A DNA stretch of 52,558 nt, the filler included, from Squatina squatina (Eukaryota), in assembly GCA_031763465.1 (NCBI GenBank). It is 3 parts of 2 records of this genome, joined end to end, with 100 filler letters (N's around TTAATTAATTAA, not from the genome) between each part and the next. Parts side by side here need not be neighbours in the genome. Positions count along the whole stretch, not along the records: positions 1 to 26,805 come from JARFOE010000192.1; 2 more parts are not named here. One strand, written 5' to 3'. Below the pieces are notes generated by a model. It worked only from the letters and a program-made list of their open reading frames with translations, searched no databases and was not told the DNA's origin. Made by a program: the position numbers and the translations under genes. Below are positions 10,109 through 21,683 of this stretch, one piece after another (within the stretch, counting starts at the first letter, position 1; each line of letters starts with the position of its first letter).

Positions 10109-12829
10109 CTAGGAACAAGCAACATAAATGTACTGAAATTATCACCATGTTGTTACGTGGAAAAGAGTACTAAAACATCCTGCATTTTCTCAAATAAATG
10201 TTCTTAATTTCCTTGTCTCTTCTGCAAGTACTAGTTCTGGCACATAGTTCCATGGGCAGGAGTCGCCCTCTGCGACTTCATCCAGGCAGCTATTCTTCAT
10301 GTCAGCCTGGACAGTGAGTGTCAGTTTGGAGGAGGGTGATCCCAGTTAGTCCCAATCCAGACCTCACACAGTATTCATACATACAATAACAACAACAACT
10401 TGTATTTATTATAGCACCTTTAATGTGGTAAAACGTCCCAGGNNNNNNNNNNNNNNNNNNNNNNNNNNNNNNNNNNNNNNNNNNNNNNNNNNNNNNNNNN
10501 NNNNNNNNNNNNNNNNNNNNNNNNNNNNNNNNNNNNNNNNNNCCAGCTTATCCCTGTGCTTCATCAGAAATACTACCCTACTAAATAAAGTTGAAATCTT
10601 AAAGCGTTTGTGAACTATAATGCTTCAATTTTTTTGTTTTAACAAAAATACACCTGTATTTTACACGTTTAAATCATGTTGAATGTTAAAATACACATTT
10701 GTGATACTGACAGGAAACCATAGGTTAACAAAAAGACTAAGCCTAATAATATTGGTGAAATGTGGAATGAAACATTTTTTAAAGTTTTAAATTGATGCAT
10801 GGATCATTTGGCTATGGTAACTCTGGACTCTGATTAATGAGAAGGTAAAGGATTCGAGACGAGCAGTATGAGAGAATAGGCAGCCCTAGTGTCTTGAATG
10901 TATGGAGTAATTGTTAGCTGACGGAAATGATCATATCCAAATAAAGCTAAATGGTGCCATGGTAGCTGTGCGATGCTGCTCGGCCTTTGTGTCCAATCAG
11001 AAGAACTCCTGTTTCCTCATTGCGCACTAGCTAGTCTTATTCAGTGCTGTAAACTGAGAAGCTGGCTTGTTGCAATTTGTCATTTTTTTTCTTGAGCCAC
11101 TTCAAAAAATTCATTCTTAATACAAGGGAAGAGGAAGAAATGAGGGCAGGAACAGTTAAAATGTAGTTGTGATGACTATAAGGTATGTATGGTATTGTAG
11201 CACTGTTTGAATACAGAACCTATTAAAAATAATGCAGTGACGCAGCAGTGTCTTGCATCCAGATACAACATTTTTAAATTTAGATTGGTGCAAGAAGGGA
11301 CAGAATTTTAGGTTTGTACCATATTGTTAAGGGAGTATTTGTTCCTAATATGACATCAGTTACCTTGTTTTGTATGGCAAACGGTACATAGTTGCATAGC
11401 TTTTTTTAAGGCTACTTTGGAGTTCAGACATAATGATTGATGCTATTTCATTAAACCTGAATGCACTATAACAAATATGCTGCAGACCATTTTGACGGTA
11501 TAGGTAGATCTTAAAGCATCGAGTCCAAATATTTCTTATGACATTGCCCTCAGCTGCTTATTCTTGATGTTTTGCTTCCCACATATTATTCATAAAGGTA
11601 GCTTAAAAGCATACAAATAGTTGTATTGGTGGGTTTTAATTTAGTGAAAAAAGTGAAAGTTTACAGGATAAAAGATAGCTGAGGTATGTATAACTGTTAT
11701 ATGTTCTATGGCGCTGCTCAAGGTGAATCGAAGGATGTACTATTTTGTTACAAGAAGGGCGTTTCTGTCATAACATTAGGGCCACTGATTTATGCTGACT
11801 AAAGACAAATTCAGGTTTTATTACATGGTATTGAGGGATTGTTACTGTGATTTGGAGCTCGTCCTTATTCTGTGAAAACTATAAATGACTGACCTTTATT
11901 TATTCCTTAATCTGTGTATTTAATTTTTATCCATTGCTATTTTGAAAGTTGCTGATTATGCAAGGTTCGCCAATTAGATGGAAGTATTTTGCAGAACTGG
12001 GGAGGATGAGTGGGGTTTAGCTGGACCTCTTAACTATTAGAATGATGGAAAATGGAGGATGATTGCAAATCCACAAATGCAATTGGTTGTTGCCCTGAAT
12101 TGCTTCTTNNNNNNNNNNNNNNNNNNNNNNNNNNNNNNNNNNNNNNNNNNNNNNNNNNNNNNNNNNNNNNNNNNNNNNNNNNNNNNNNNNNNNNNNNNNN
12201 NNNNNNNNATGTTCCACCCAGGTTCCCATAATGATGTCGACAGTGCTGCTTTGTGTTTCTACTGTTTTTCTGATTTTATTTTAAATTACCAGCATTTGCA
12301 CTTCTGTTTTTATCTCTTCAGAGTAGATTGTTTGTTTAGCTGCTTTGTTTTTCTGCTTTATACAGGGGTAAACTGTCACTGTGCCCTTATTATCTTCTGT
12401 TTGCACATGAACCCCATTAGAATGATGTTGACAAAAGCCATCTGCTGTATCGCCACAATGTTTGCAGTGTGATAAGGGCTGCTGCAGAAAAAACACACAG
12501 ATGTCAGAAAAACATGAAGCAGGACCTAGCCAACAACCAAGTGTAATGACTGAATAAAGAGTTGCTTTTAACAGTTTAAAAACAAGTGCAAAGCATGAGC
12601 AGCTGCTCCAAATTTAGCCTTTTGGCCATTCTTGGGGAAAGTGTGGCAATCAAAGTCCATTTGCTTCAATTTTGTGTGGATGAAGAATTGAAGGATCAAA
12701 TTTGATTTCGACTAATGGTCTATATGATTNNNNNNNNNNNNNNNNNNNNNNNNNNNNNNNNNNNNNNNNNNNNNNNNNNNNNNNNNNNNNNNNNNNNNNN
12801 NNNNNNNNNNNNNNNNNNNNNNNNNNNNN

Positions 12830-13000
12830 GTCATTATCACACTGCTGTTTGTGGGAGCTTGCTGTGTGCAAATTGGATGCTGTGTTTCCTATATTGCAAC
12901 AGTGACGACACTTCAAAAAGTAGTTCATTGGCTGTAATGCACTTTGGGACATCCGGTGGTCATGAAAGACACTATATAAATGCAAGTCTTCCTTTCTTTT
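12830..13000 (+). mobile_element. Deu-domain SINE 3' half
   Basis: gtcattatcacactgctgtttgtgggagcttgctgtgtgcaaattgg...ctatataaatgcaagtcttcctttc. Confidence 0.8.
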
Positions 13001-15138
13001 CCTACCATGTCCACCCTTGTGTGGAATGTTATTGGTTAAGTAACAATTGTGTTTGGGTCTTTTTGGAGTAAAGCAGCAAGGAAGGTTGCTATTGCACATG
13101 TGTTAGTAACAGCTGGGATTCAGCTCCATGTTTATGTAATTAGAAATAACGTGACAGGTTTCCTAATAACTGGAGCTTTAGGTGGCAACTGGAGAAATAA
13201 GATTGAGACTGCATAGTAACTTGCTACTACAGGATTCAACATGATCAGAACTTGCTCTGACTGCCCTCAATTTTTTTCTGTTGTTATTTCATTAATTCCA
13301 AACTGTACATCTGTGATACAGGAATAGAACTTGTTTGTACTGGTCCGGTTGAGTGGAAAACATCCTGCTGCTCGCTGCAGTTGAAATGCAGAGTGCGCAG
13401 AAAGTGTGTTGTTTGGGTTAAAAATAAGTGCTGCATTTTTTTTGTATCCTTTCAAAGAGGTGGCATGGCACCGCAGTTTATTAGAGCTGTTTAACTGAGT
13501 CAAGTGATCAAACAAATGAATTGAAGATTTAACATATTGAAAAGCCACAAAGTGCACCAGTAAGCTTTCTGTATATAATAGGAATTTTATATAAATGTGG
13601 TTCAAGTGTGTGTAAGGTACAATTATCAGTAACCTTTTCATTTTGTTTTAGTTTGTACAAAGTATTTGGTGCACATTACTGTTAAAAAGTAAGCTGTGTG
13701 GAAACCTAAAAAAATTAATTAATGCTTAGCATTATTATTCATATGTAGTTCATATTGGTTTCTTTGATCAGATAAAATGTAATAAATAGAAAAATAATTT
13801 CTGTCCATTTATTAGTTTTATGTCAAAATATCTAATTCCAACTTCCAATATCTGAACACATAAAGCAAGTTAGAACTAAGAATTACTGTCTGCCGCAAAG
13901 AAAATCTAACCATTGGTATAGTGACTAGTTTCCAATTGTTAACAGTTGTTAACCAGAGACCTCGTTTCCCAGTACATTTTATCGAGTAGATTATAAACTA
14001 GTTTTCAGAAATATCTTTGATTTGCAGTCTCACTGATAAGCAAATAAATCATTCTCGTTCCGTATTATCCAGTGAACTAGTCAATTACAAACTTTTCACA
14101 AATCACTAAAAATGTCATGCTATTCGGATCAGCATGTAGTCTTTTGTGCAAATGTGTATCGCAATTTAGCTATAAGGAGATGATTTATTCCTGACCAAAT
14201 GCTGCTGTGTCTTGCTTGTTTATAATCAAGCATTTGCATTCCAAGGAGTAAAATTTGTGCAAATTTATACTGTGATATTGATAAGATCCATAAAACTAAT
14301 CAATATCGCCCAATGTTTTTTGAAGTTAGCTTACAGGTTTTTCATCAAATGTTTTTACTAGTTTTGCTGCATTTGTGAATTAAAGTACAAGAATCATGTG
14401 GCTTGTTACGTTAAACATTTGAGTAAATTAGTCCAATGTGTATAACTGAATTAAAAAAGAAAGACTGCTGGCATTGGATTAGGGGGAGAGAGAGTGCTTT
14501 CACGTTGAAATGCTTGCTCATCTATATCATTTCAAAAAATGAAGTAAATGTTCATGATCTTTTAACAGAATATTGTTCCTATTCTCCCATCCCTTGAAAA
14601 GCTGGTACTTTACACCTCCTCTCATGAGATGACTCAATGAAGTCGCTCTGTTCAATTAGGTTATGGGTGCATATAGGAACAGTAACTGATACTGGTGTTC
14701 AGAATTGGCTTGAATGATGAGCCAATTTCTCGCAAGCTGAGAAATGTATTCTGAAAATATTCCTGTTGCATACAAAAGTGCCAGCGACAAAATGTGCTTT
14801 TAAAAATTACATATTGCTGAATTTTCTATTGATTTCATTCCAGTGTGTCTGCATCTTGGATTATGGCTGTGAGGTGCTCCTGAGAGAGAATAATTATGAA
14901 GCAGACATAGCGCTTGTAATTAATGAAGCGTTTGTATTTTACTATGATAAGCTACAGTTCAAAGCTTCCTTTTTCTAAGAATACCATATATGCAATTGCA
15001 ACGCTTGTATGTGCTTATGCAACATGCAAATGAACAGGGAATTTATGACGAGTTCCCTCCATTTCTGGTGATCATCAAACAGGAAGCTCTAGGCTTATAA
15101 GTAAACATGAAGACTATCCGCAAGCTATGTAATAGCTT

Positions 15139-15710
15139 GCAAATATGTAACATTTTTAACTTAGAAAAGTGTTCCAAGGTGCTGTACAAAGGGGGATGAA
15201 CCGATATTGAGCCTTGATGGGAGAATTGGGAGGAGTGACTGAAATGTTGATTGAAGAGAGGGGTTTTAAGAACACTTGTAAAGGCAAAGAGAAGTAAAGG
15301 CAGAAAGTTTAGGGTGGGACTGCAAGAGAATACGCCCAAGGTGACTGAAGGCTCCACCACCAGTAGTGAGGTGAAGGGAGGGGACTGCACAGAAGCCCAG
15401 AGTCAAATGACTTAATGTGATCATAGATTTCTTTGTCATAAAGATTAAGACCATCCGTTCCGCTGTCCTTGCTGCTTCCTGCCTGCAAGCCACACCTCTC
15501 CCCAGATTCTTCTCCACCCCCCCCCGCTTTAATTTCTCTGCTATCTTCCCTCGAGTTCTCTCTGAGTTCATCGCATTTGTGAGACCCACATTCTGCTCCC
15601 TTGACCCTATTTACACTAAACTGCTAACCACCCAACTTCCCTTCATGGCCCCCATGCTACCTGACATTGTAAATGACTTCCTCTCCTCAGATACTGCCCG
15701 TCTCCCTTTC
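15139..15710. mobile_element. L2-clade LINE remnants: 3' end on - (15139-15400) and ORF2 fragment on + (15410-15710)
   Basis: Plus-strand ORF DFFVIKIKTIRSA...PTFCSLDPIYTKLLTTQLPFMAPMLPDIVN is L2 ORF2-like. The minus part mirrors the L2 tail at 41800-42040. Confidence 0.7.
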
Positions 15711-16352
15711 ATTCATTCGCTAAGTAACCTCACTGATTAAATAGGTTTCAATTAGTCAAATTAAAATCTAGTTTGTGAGTAAATTAAGTGTAAAGTTCCA
15801 GTTTTATTGACTGCAGTTTAAAAGAAACGTACTGAAATGTTCATATCGTAAAGTAACTTCTAACAAATGAACATGGTTTCAACCAGTTGCAAGTTCAGAA
15901 AATGCTACCAAATAGTCTTTTTTACATGTGTGATTGAAAGCAACCTTTTTATTCTCCAGCTATACCATCTGAGATAAACCCGCACACTTTTCTGAAGAAG
16001 TGTAGGTTTGCAAAGCAGGTTGTGGAAACCGCTTAGCAGTGGCATCAACTGAGTCAAATATCCTTGTACATTGTCTTCCTGCTCATGACACAGATACAAG
16101 GCAGCTTGAAGGAGGTCAAGAGAAAGAACTAACAAAATTAAATGAAAAGTGGTGAACAAAACTGCCCCACAACAGGTTGGAAAAAGGGAAAGTCAGCAAA
16201 ATCCTGCTCTCTTCATAGCTGGAACCTACTGGTCTGGTACATATTTGAGGAANNNNNNNNNNNNNNNNNNNNNNNNNNNNNNNNNNNNNNNNNNNNNNNN
16301 NNNNNNNNNNNNNNNNNNNNNNNNNNNNNNNNNNNNNNNNNNNNNNNNNNNN

Positions 16353-16495
16353 CACTCCACTCTCTCAGATCCAATTCCAAAATTGTCATTAAACCTGCTG
16401 ATAATGGTGGTTCTGTTGACGCACCGACCTCTATCTTGCGGAGGCTGAACAGCAACCAGGCACCTCCCCCCATCTCCCCTGGACCTCATCAGACC
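16353..16495 (+). mobile_element. Penelope-like element RT fragment
   Basis: LHSLRSNSKIVIKPADNGGSV, then after a frameshift RTDLYLAEAEQQ. This matches the PLE 'IKPADKG' N-terminal RT motif. Confidence 0.8.
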
Positions 16496-16499
16496 CAGA

Positions 16500-16722
16500 T
16501 CCTCCCTGAAGCTCCCATCTTCACCGTTGAGCCCCTTCCAATCCAGCTCTTGACTACCCAACATTTCCTTCTTGGCCCCATGCTTTCCAACATTGTCAAC
16601 CTTTCCCCATCATCAATCATGCCATTCAAAACTGCTATCGCTCATCCTTAAAAAGCCCACTCTTGACTTCCATCTTTACAAATTGCCACCCTATCCCTAA
16701 CTTGCTCTTTTCTCCAAAGTCC
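16500..16722 (+). mobile_element. L2 LINE ORF2 fragment
   Basis: EPLPIQLLTTQHFLLGPMLSNIVN...PFKTAI is homologous to 15590-15710. Confidence 0.65.
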
Positions 16723-17252
16723 ATGATTAAAATAGAAGAAAAGTTTGTTTGAGTACGAAGCAATGAGGAAAAATGCAGCAATCAAATCACACTGGTAATC
16801 CACGAAGTGTACAAACTGAAAATGTTGCTGTAATAAGGAAAATATTGCAAATTCAGCAAAAGTTATTCAATCTCGACTGATTTTTATTTTCATTTGGTTG
16901 ACACAGGTTTAAGTGACGGAGCGCAATTCTGAGAATAATATGATTATTCAGTATGTTTCTGTTGCCACACTAATTTACAAGCAGGCTTGCTAAGGTCTGT
17001 ATTTTTATACAAGCTATAAGGGGCATCAGCTTCCCCCTCAACAAGGATCACTACTACTACAGCTTCATCGCCAGCACTCTGTGCCTCCAGACCTTAGCCC
17101 GGTACTTTCCTTAAGTTGTGTGATCTTTGTACATCATTGGCCAGTTCGTTTAGTTTTCCTGACAATGCTCATCATCCGGGGCACATATTCTCACATATGC
17201 CCCCCTCTCTGTATATTGGGGGCCCTTTGTGTTTGCAGTACATTGTCTGGTA

Positions 17253-17636
17253 CAGTAACAGAGTAGTTATGTTACTGGACTACTAATCCAGAGTCCTGGA
17301 CTAATAATCCAGAAGATATGAGTTCAAATCCCACCATGGCAGCTGGGGAATTTAGATTCAGTTAATTAAATGAATCTGGAATTTTTTTTTTAAAAAGCTA
17401 GTATCAGTAATGGTGACCATGAAACCATCGGATTGTTGTAAAAACCCATCTGGTTCACGAATGTCCTTCAGGGAAGGAAATCTACCGTCCTTACCCGGTC
17501 TGGCCTATGTGTGACTCCAGACCCACAGCAATGTGGTGACTCTGAAGTGGCTCAGTAAGCCACTCAAGGGCAATTAGGGATGGGCAATAAATGCTCGCCA
17601 GCGACGCCCACATCCCGTGAATGAATAAAGGAAGAA
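17253..17636 (+). mobile_element. tRNA-derived SINE (non-Deu family)
   Basis: Has a B-box GAGTTCAAATCCC, the core agggaaggaaatctaccgtccttacccggtctggcctatgtgtgactccag, and the tail gggcaattagggatgggcaataaatgc...gaatgaataaa. Confidence 0.75.
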
Positions 17637-17640
17637 AAAG

Positions 17641-17858
17641 GTGGTAGAAGTTTGGAGCACTTTTCCGCAAACGGCAACTGATGCTGGATCAATTGTTAAT
17701 TTTAAATCGGAGATTGATAGCTTTTTGTTAACCAAAGATATTAAGGGATATGGGCCAAAGGCGGGTTATGGAGTTAGGTCGCAAATCAGCCATGATCTCA
17801 TTGAATGACGTAACAAGCTTGAGGGGCTGAATGGCCAACTCCTTGTTCCCCTGTTCCT
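17641..17858 (+). mobile_element. CR1 LINE 3' end
   Basis: gattgatag...aagggatatggg...atcagccatgatctcattgaatg...gaggggctgaatggcc; homologous to 39400-39529. Confidence 0.75.
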
Positions 17859-17983
17859 AAATATACTTTTAATTTTTTTTAAGTGTTTCTCAATTAGTAT
17901 TGGAGTTGTAATTTTCTTGACCTAAATTAGTTACTGTATGTAAAATATTACTCTAATTCCACATCCCGTTATTTCCACTTCAG

Positions 17984-18080
17984 GAAAGCTCAAGAACAAG
18001 ATAAAAAGGTGGTAGTTGCTGGATGTGTTCCTCAAGCCCAACCACGGATGGACTACCTCAAAGGGTTGAGCATTATTGGG
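17984..18080 (+). CDS. CDKAL1: CDKAL1 (tRNA methylthiotransferase) internal exon, 97 bp
   Basis: atttccacttcag|G AAA GCT...ATT GGG|gtaaga encodes [32 protein letters not shown]. Recalled human sequence is [32 protein letters not shown]. Confidence 0.97.
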
Positions 18081-19009
18081 GTAAGAAAATTCTCCTAATA
18101 TTTCAACTGCAAAATTCAGCTCTTCCAGAAGTTTACATTGTGTGCACTTGATCTGGATCTGTTTCGTGCCTTTTCTGAAGTATCTCAAAATTGTAAAAAC
18201 TTAGAACATCGGCAAACTGAGTGCAGTACTTAGACACAGAAATATTTTTACAATGTGATATGAAGTCGACACTTTCTCTTGTAGTTTCCTAACGTGGAAC
18301 AAATTTTACTTTCCTTGATTCATTTTTTGCTCTTTTTCGGGTCATTAAACAGTATGGGGGGAATTTTAACTCCCAAGAACTAGTGGATTGGGGGTCAGGA
18401 GGAAATGAAAAATTGAAGAAATTTCAAGCGCGAACGCAACCTGCCTCCCAGATTTAGCGGAAACACATTTGGCTGTGTGCGCATAATCTGCTTGCCAGAG
18501 ACGACGAAATCGTCAGGACAGGCGCGTCGGTAATTAGCAAAGCTGTTCATACCATTAGTACATGGTAATGCGGCAATTTTGAATTGATTTAAACAGGCAT
18601 TTAAATTTAATGCCTCCAGCACATGCCTCAGGGAAATTTGCCAGTGAAAAGGAGACGAGATTGAGCAGCACTTCACACAGAAAAAATGACACACAATGCA
18701 CAGCATAGAAACAGGCCATTCGACCCAACTGGTCCATGCCGCTATTTACACTCCACACAAGCGAAGGAATATTAGGGGAAGAATTCCACCATTTACTGTA
18801 GTAAAATGGAAATATGTTTCTTACGCACACATTTATAATTTGGCTGTAAGTCGCTAACAATTGAGACATTTCTCCCAGTTACTGAAAACCTGTTCAAACT
18901 GGCTTGATCAGATAAATAGGTTTGAAGTAATAACCTATAACTTGGGATAGAAGCTCTGGTGTTTTGTAATGCAGCATAAAACCATCACAATTGCTTATTG
19001 GGTCGTCTC

Positions 19010-19156
19010 CAATGTTCTCTCTAATTTTCTTTGGGCCATGTGGCCCTTTTAACGAGCTGTGTGGCCCATTCAAAATTTTTCCAATTAAAAGCCAGTTTGC
19101 GGGCTGCACAGGAGCTCCAGAGTGCTGTGTGGCTGCGCAGATTAAAGGGGACATTG
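19010..19156. mobile_element. hAT-like MITE, 147 bp
   Basis: Terminal inverted repeats CAATGTTCTCTCTAAT and ATTAAAGGGGACATTG match at 13/16. No 8-bp TSD is preserved. Confidence 0.6.
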
Positions 19157-19918
19157 TCTGCCACATGTCTGCCCATTCTACTTTTCTGACTATCTTGCTG
19201 TTTCTTTTACAGTTCTTCTCACTGTTTGACAAACCCCTACATTTGTGTTTTCATCAACTTTTGAGATTCTGTTCTTTATACCTTAGACCAAATGATCTCG
19301 ATATACTGAGGCCAAAAATGCACCCTGAGGTATACCTCTTCCAGCCTTCCTCTGATCCAAGTAACATGCACTTACTCTTNNNNNNNNNNNNNNNNNNNNN
19401 NNNNNNNNNNNNNNNNNNNNNNNNNNNNNNNNNNNNNNNNNNNNNNNNNNNNNNNNNNNNNNNNNNNNNNNNNNNNNNNAACCAAAGGGAGGGAAGAGAA
19501 AACTTGAGGGTGAGTCAACATGAGCAACTTTTGTGCATCTTCCAACTGCTTGTTTAAAAGCAGCATTGGCAGAGACTCGGAATGTACAGTAATTCATTGC
19601 AGCCTGTGAAAGGCAGTCCAGTTAGCCAAAAACACAGTGGTATCTGTGCAAAATGATAAAAGCATTTCAGTCAGATGAGCCTTGAACAGCTGGGAGAGGC
19701 AAATTCTGTTGGTAGCGAAAGGAAGAAAACAGTGAGAACTTTTTTTAATGAAGGTGCCACTCTGGAAGAATCAGTGATCTTTCAGTTTCCGGTTACAAGG
19801 GCTAATACATGACTGAATATGTGCTGCCTTCTTACCTAGCAGTTGCTGAAATGTGTTCTAACAAGATTGTTGTCAAATTCTCATCAGTAATGGTGTAAAA
19901 ATGTTTTTCCCTGTTTAG

Positions 19919-19967
19919 GTTCAGCAAATAGACCGTGTAGTTGAAGTTGTTGAAGAAACGATTAAAG
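19919..19967 (+). CDS. CDKAL1: CDKAL1 internal exon, 49 bp
   Basis: tttttccctgtttag|GTT CAG...AAA G|gtgagt encodes VQQIDRVVEVVEETIK(G), in frame with both neighbouring exons. Confidence 0.97.
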
Positions 19968-20666
19968 GTGAGTAGGTTCTTGAAACATTGTGCATTAGTT
20001 TTATACATATTTACATCTTAAATTGCTAACACAAAATTTGTCTATGTTTGATTTTGGTCTTGCATAGTTTATGCTCTAAAACAAACCTTTATGACGGGGT
20101 TAGAGCTTGACTTTGTTTACTCCCCATTTCTTTTTCGAATCGAAGGTGACTGGTTGAAAAATAATTTATCTTTATGTTGTGAAAGTGACTTTTTAGGTCT
20201 AACTTGATATGGCCAAGCACATGACATTATTAGATAATTTAATCTCACTGAACTGAAAGTNNNNNNNNNNNNNNNNNNNNNNNNNNNNNNNNNNNNNNNN
20301 NNNNNNNNNNNNNNNNNNNNNNNNNNNNNNNNNNNNNNNNNNNNNNNNNNNNNNNNNNNNGAGGCTTCCTAACTCTGGGAGCATTTGCCAAGGCTGACTA
20401 AGTCACGCCAGGCAATGTGAAGGTAAAGGCAACCAAGGTCCAGGCATCAATTTGTAGGAAAGTGATGATCCCCTATTAATCTCTGGAGAGGTCGAGGTGA
20501 TGTTGAATCAGACCTGTGAAGAGGGTTGCTCTCTGTACTACTTCACAAGTACCATCCCCACAGGTCAGAATTGCATTTCTAGCATTTTCTGCTTGTTCTG
20601 GTTGATTTTTCCCGGCTCTCGAAAATGTAACTTTTAGTGTACAGTTCTAAAATGAATTGATCAATG

Positions 20667-20821
20667 CACAGTAAAACAGAAAATGATGGAAATACTCAGC
20701 AGGTCAAGCAGCATATGTGGACGAAAGGCCATTGACCTGTTCCACAGATGCTGTCTGACCTGAATATTTCCAGTATTTTCTGTTTTTATTTCAGATTTCC
20801 AGCATAAGCAGTATTTTGCTT
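20667..20821. mobile_element. Fold-back Penelope-like terminal-repeat derivative
   Basis: 20673-20720 is inverted at 20741-20786. It is homologous to 24293-24417 and flanked by the direct repeat TTGATCAATG. Confidence 0.7.
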
Positions 20822-21562
20822 TTGATCAATGGTAACTTGCCCAAAATGGGGCCGTCCAATTAAAAAACAGATTGATATTCATTTCAGTTGCTTTTGGGTT
20901 GTACCTGATAGGAGGGAGAGGATCATTTCCTTCAATGAAATCATAGATGCACAGCTCTAAATTATCTTTAAAAAATCACGTTAAAAATATATAAAATACA
21001 AGAAACTGGTCGATCTATGCCAGATGACAAATGCTGATGTATTATTTTCCTTCTCACGGGTTTTGTTTAGCACAATACTTCTTCCAACAAGCTGGGTGTA
21101 TTTAAGAAAAAAAAGCTGTTTGCATCAAAGAACTTTTGGCGACAGTTCAGTGTTCATAAAAATCATCGTAACTGAGTTTGCAAAAAGAAATACCAAACAA
21201 ATAAACCCACAATAGCAAGCCGTCCGAAGTGTTGTAATTGTGTGATATGTAACCATAAGCTAATGATTTGAAAAATTCAAATGCATCTGTTCCATGATGT
21301 GTTAACTGATAAATCAGTAGGTGTAAAAGTGAAAGAATGAGCAAGAAATCATCAATTAGAAAAGATTGTTCTAAATTTTAAATTTTTTAAAAAGTAAATG
21401 TGGCAACAGGATGGGGTTGATGTTTTAGTGTAATTAACAGATTCCTAACTTTTTCACAAGCAAATGATAATTTTTACATATTTAAATTGTCGCTTCAAAT
21501 TGAAATTTCTAGCTGAAGTAAAAGAAGTGTCCTCTAACCCATTTTTTCCATTTTGTTTGAAG

Positions 21563-21683
21563 GTCACTCTGTGAGACTCCTGGGTCAGAAAAAGGATAAG
21601 GGAAAACGGTTGGGGGGAGCGCGACTGGATTTACCGAAGATTAGGAAAAACCCACTAATAGAAATCATTTCCATCAACACTGG
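21563..21683 (+). CDS. CDKAL1: CDKAL1 internal exon, 121 bp
   Basis: ccattttgtttgaag|GT CAC...ACT GG|gtgagc encodes (G)[39 protein letters not shown](G). In CDKAL1 this immediately precedes the radical-SAM CxxxCxxC motif. Confidence 0.97.

Noticed and set aside
17253-17345. tRNA gene
   Set aside because: It has a B-box but no cloverleaf; it is a SINE head.
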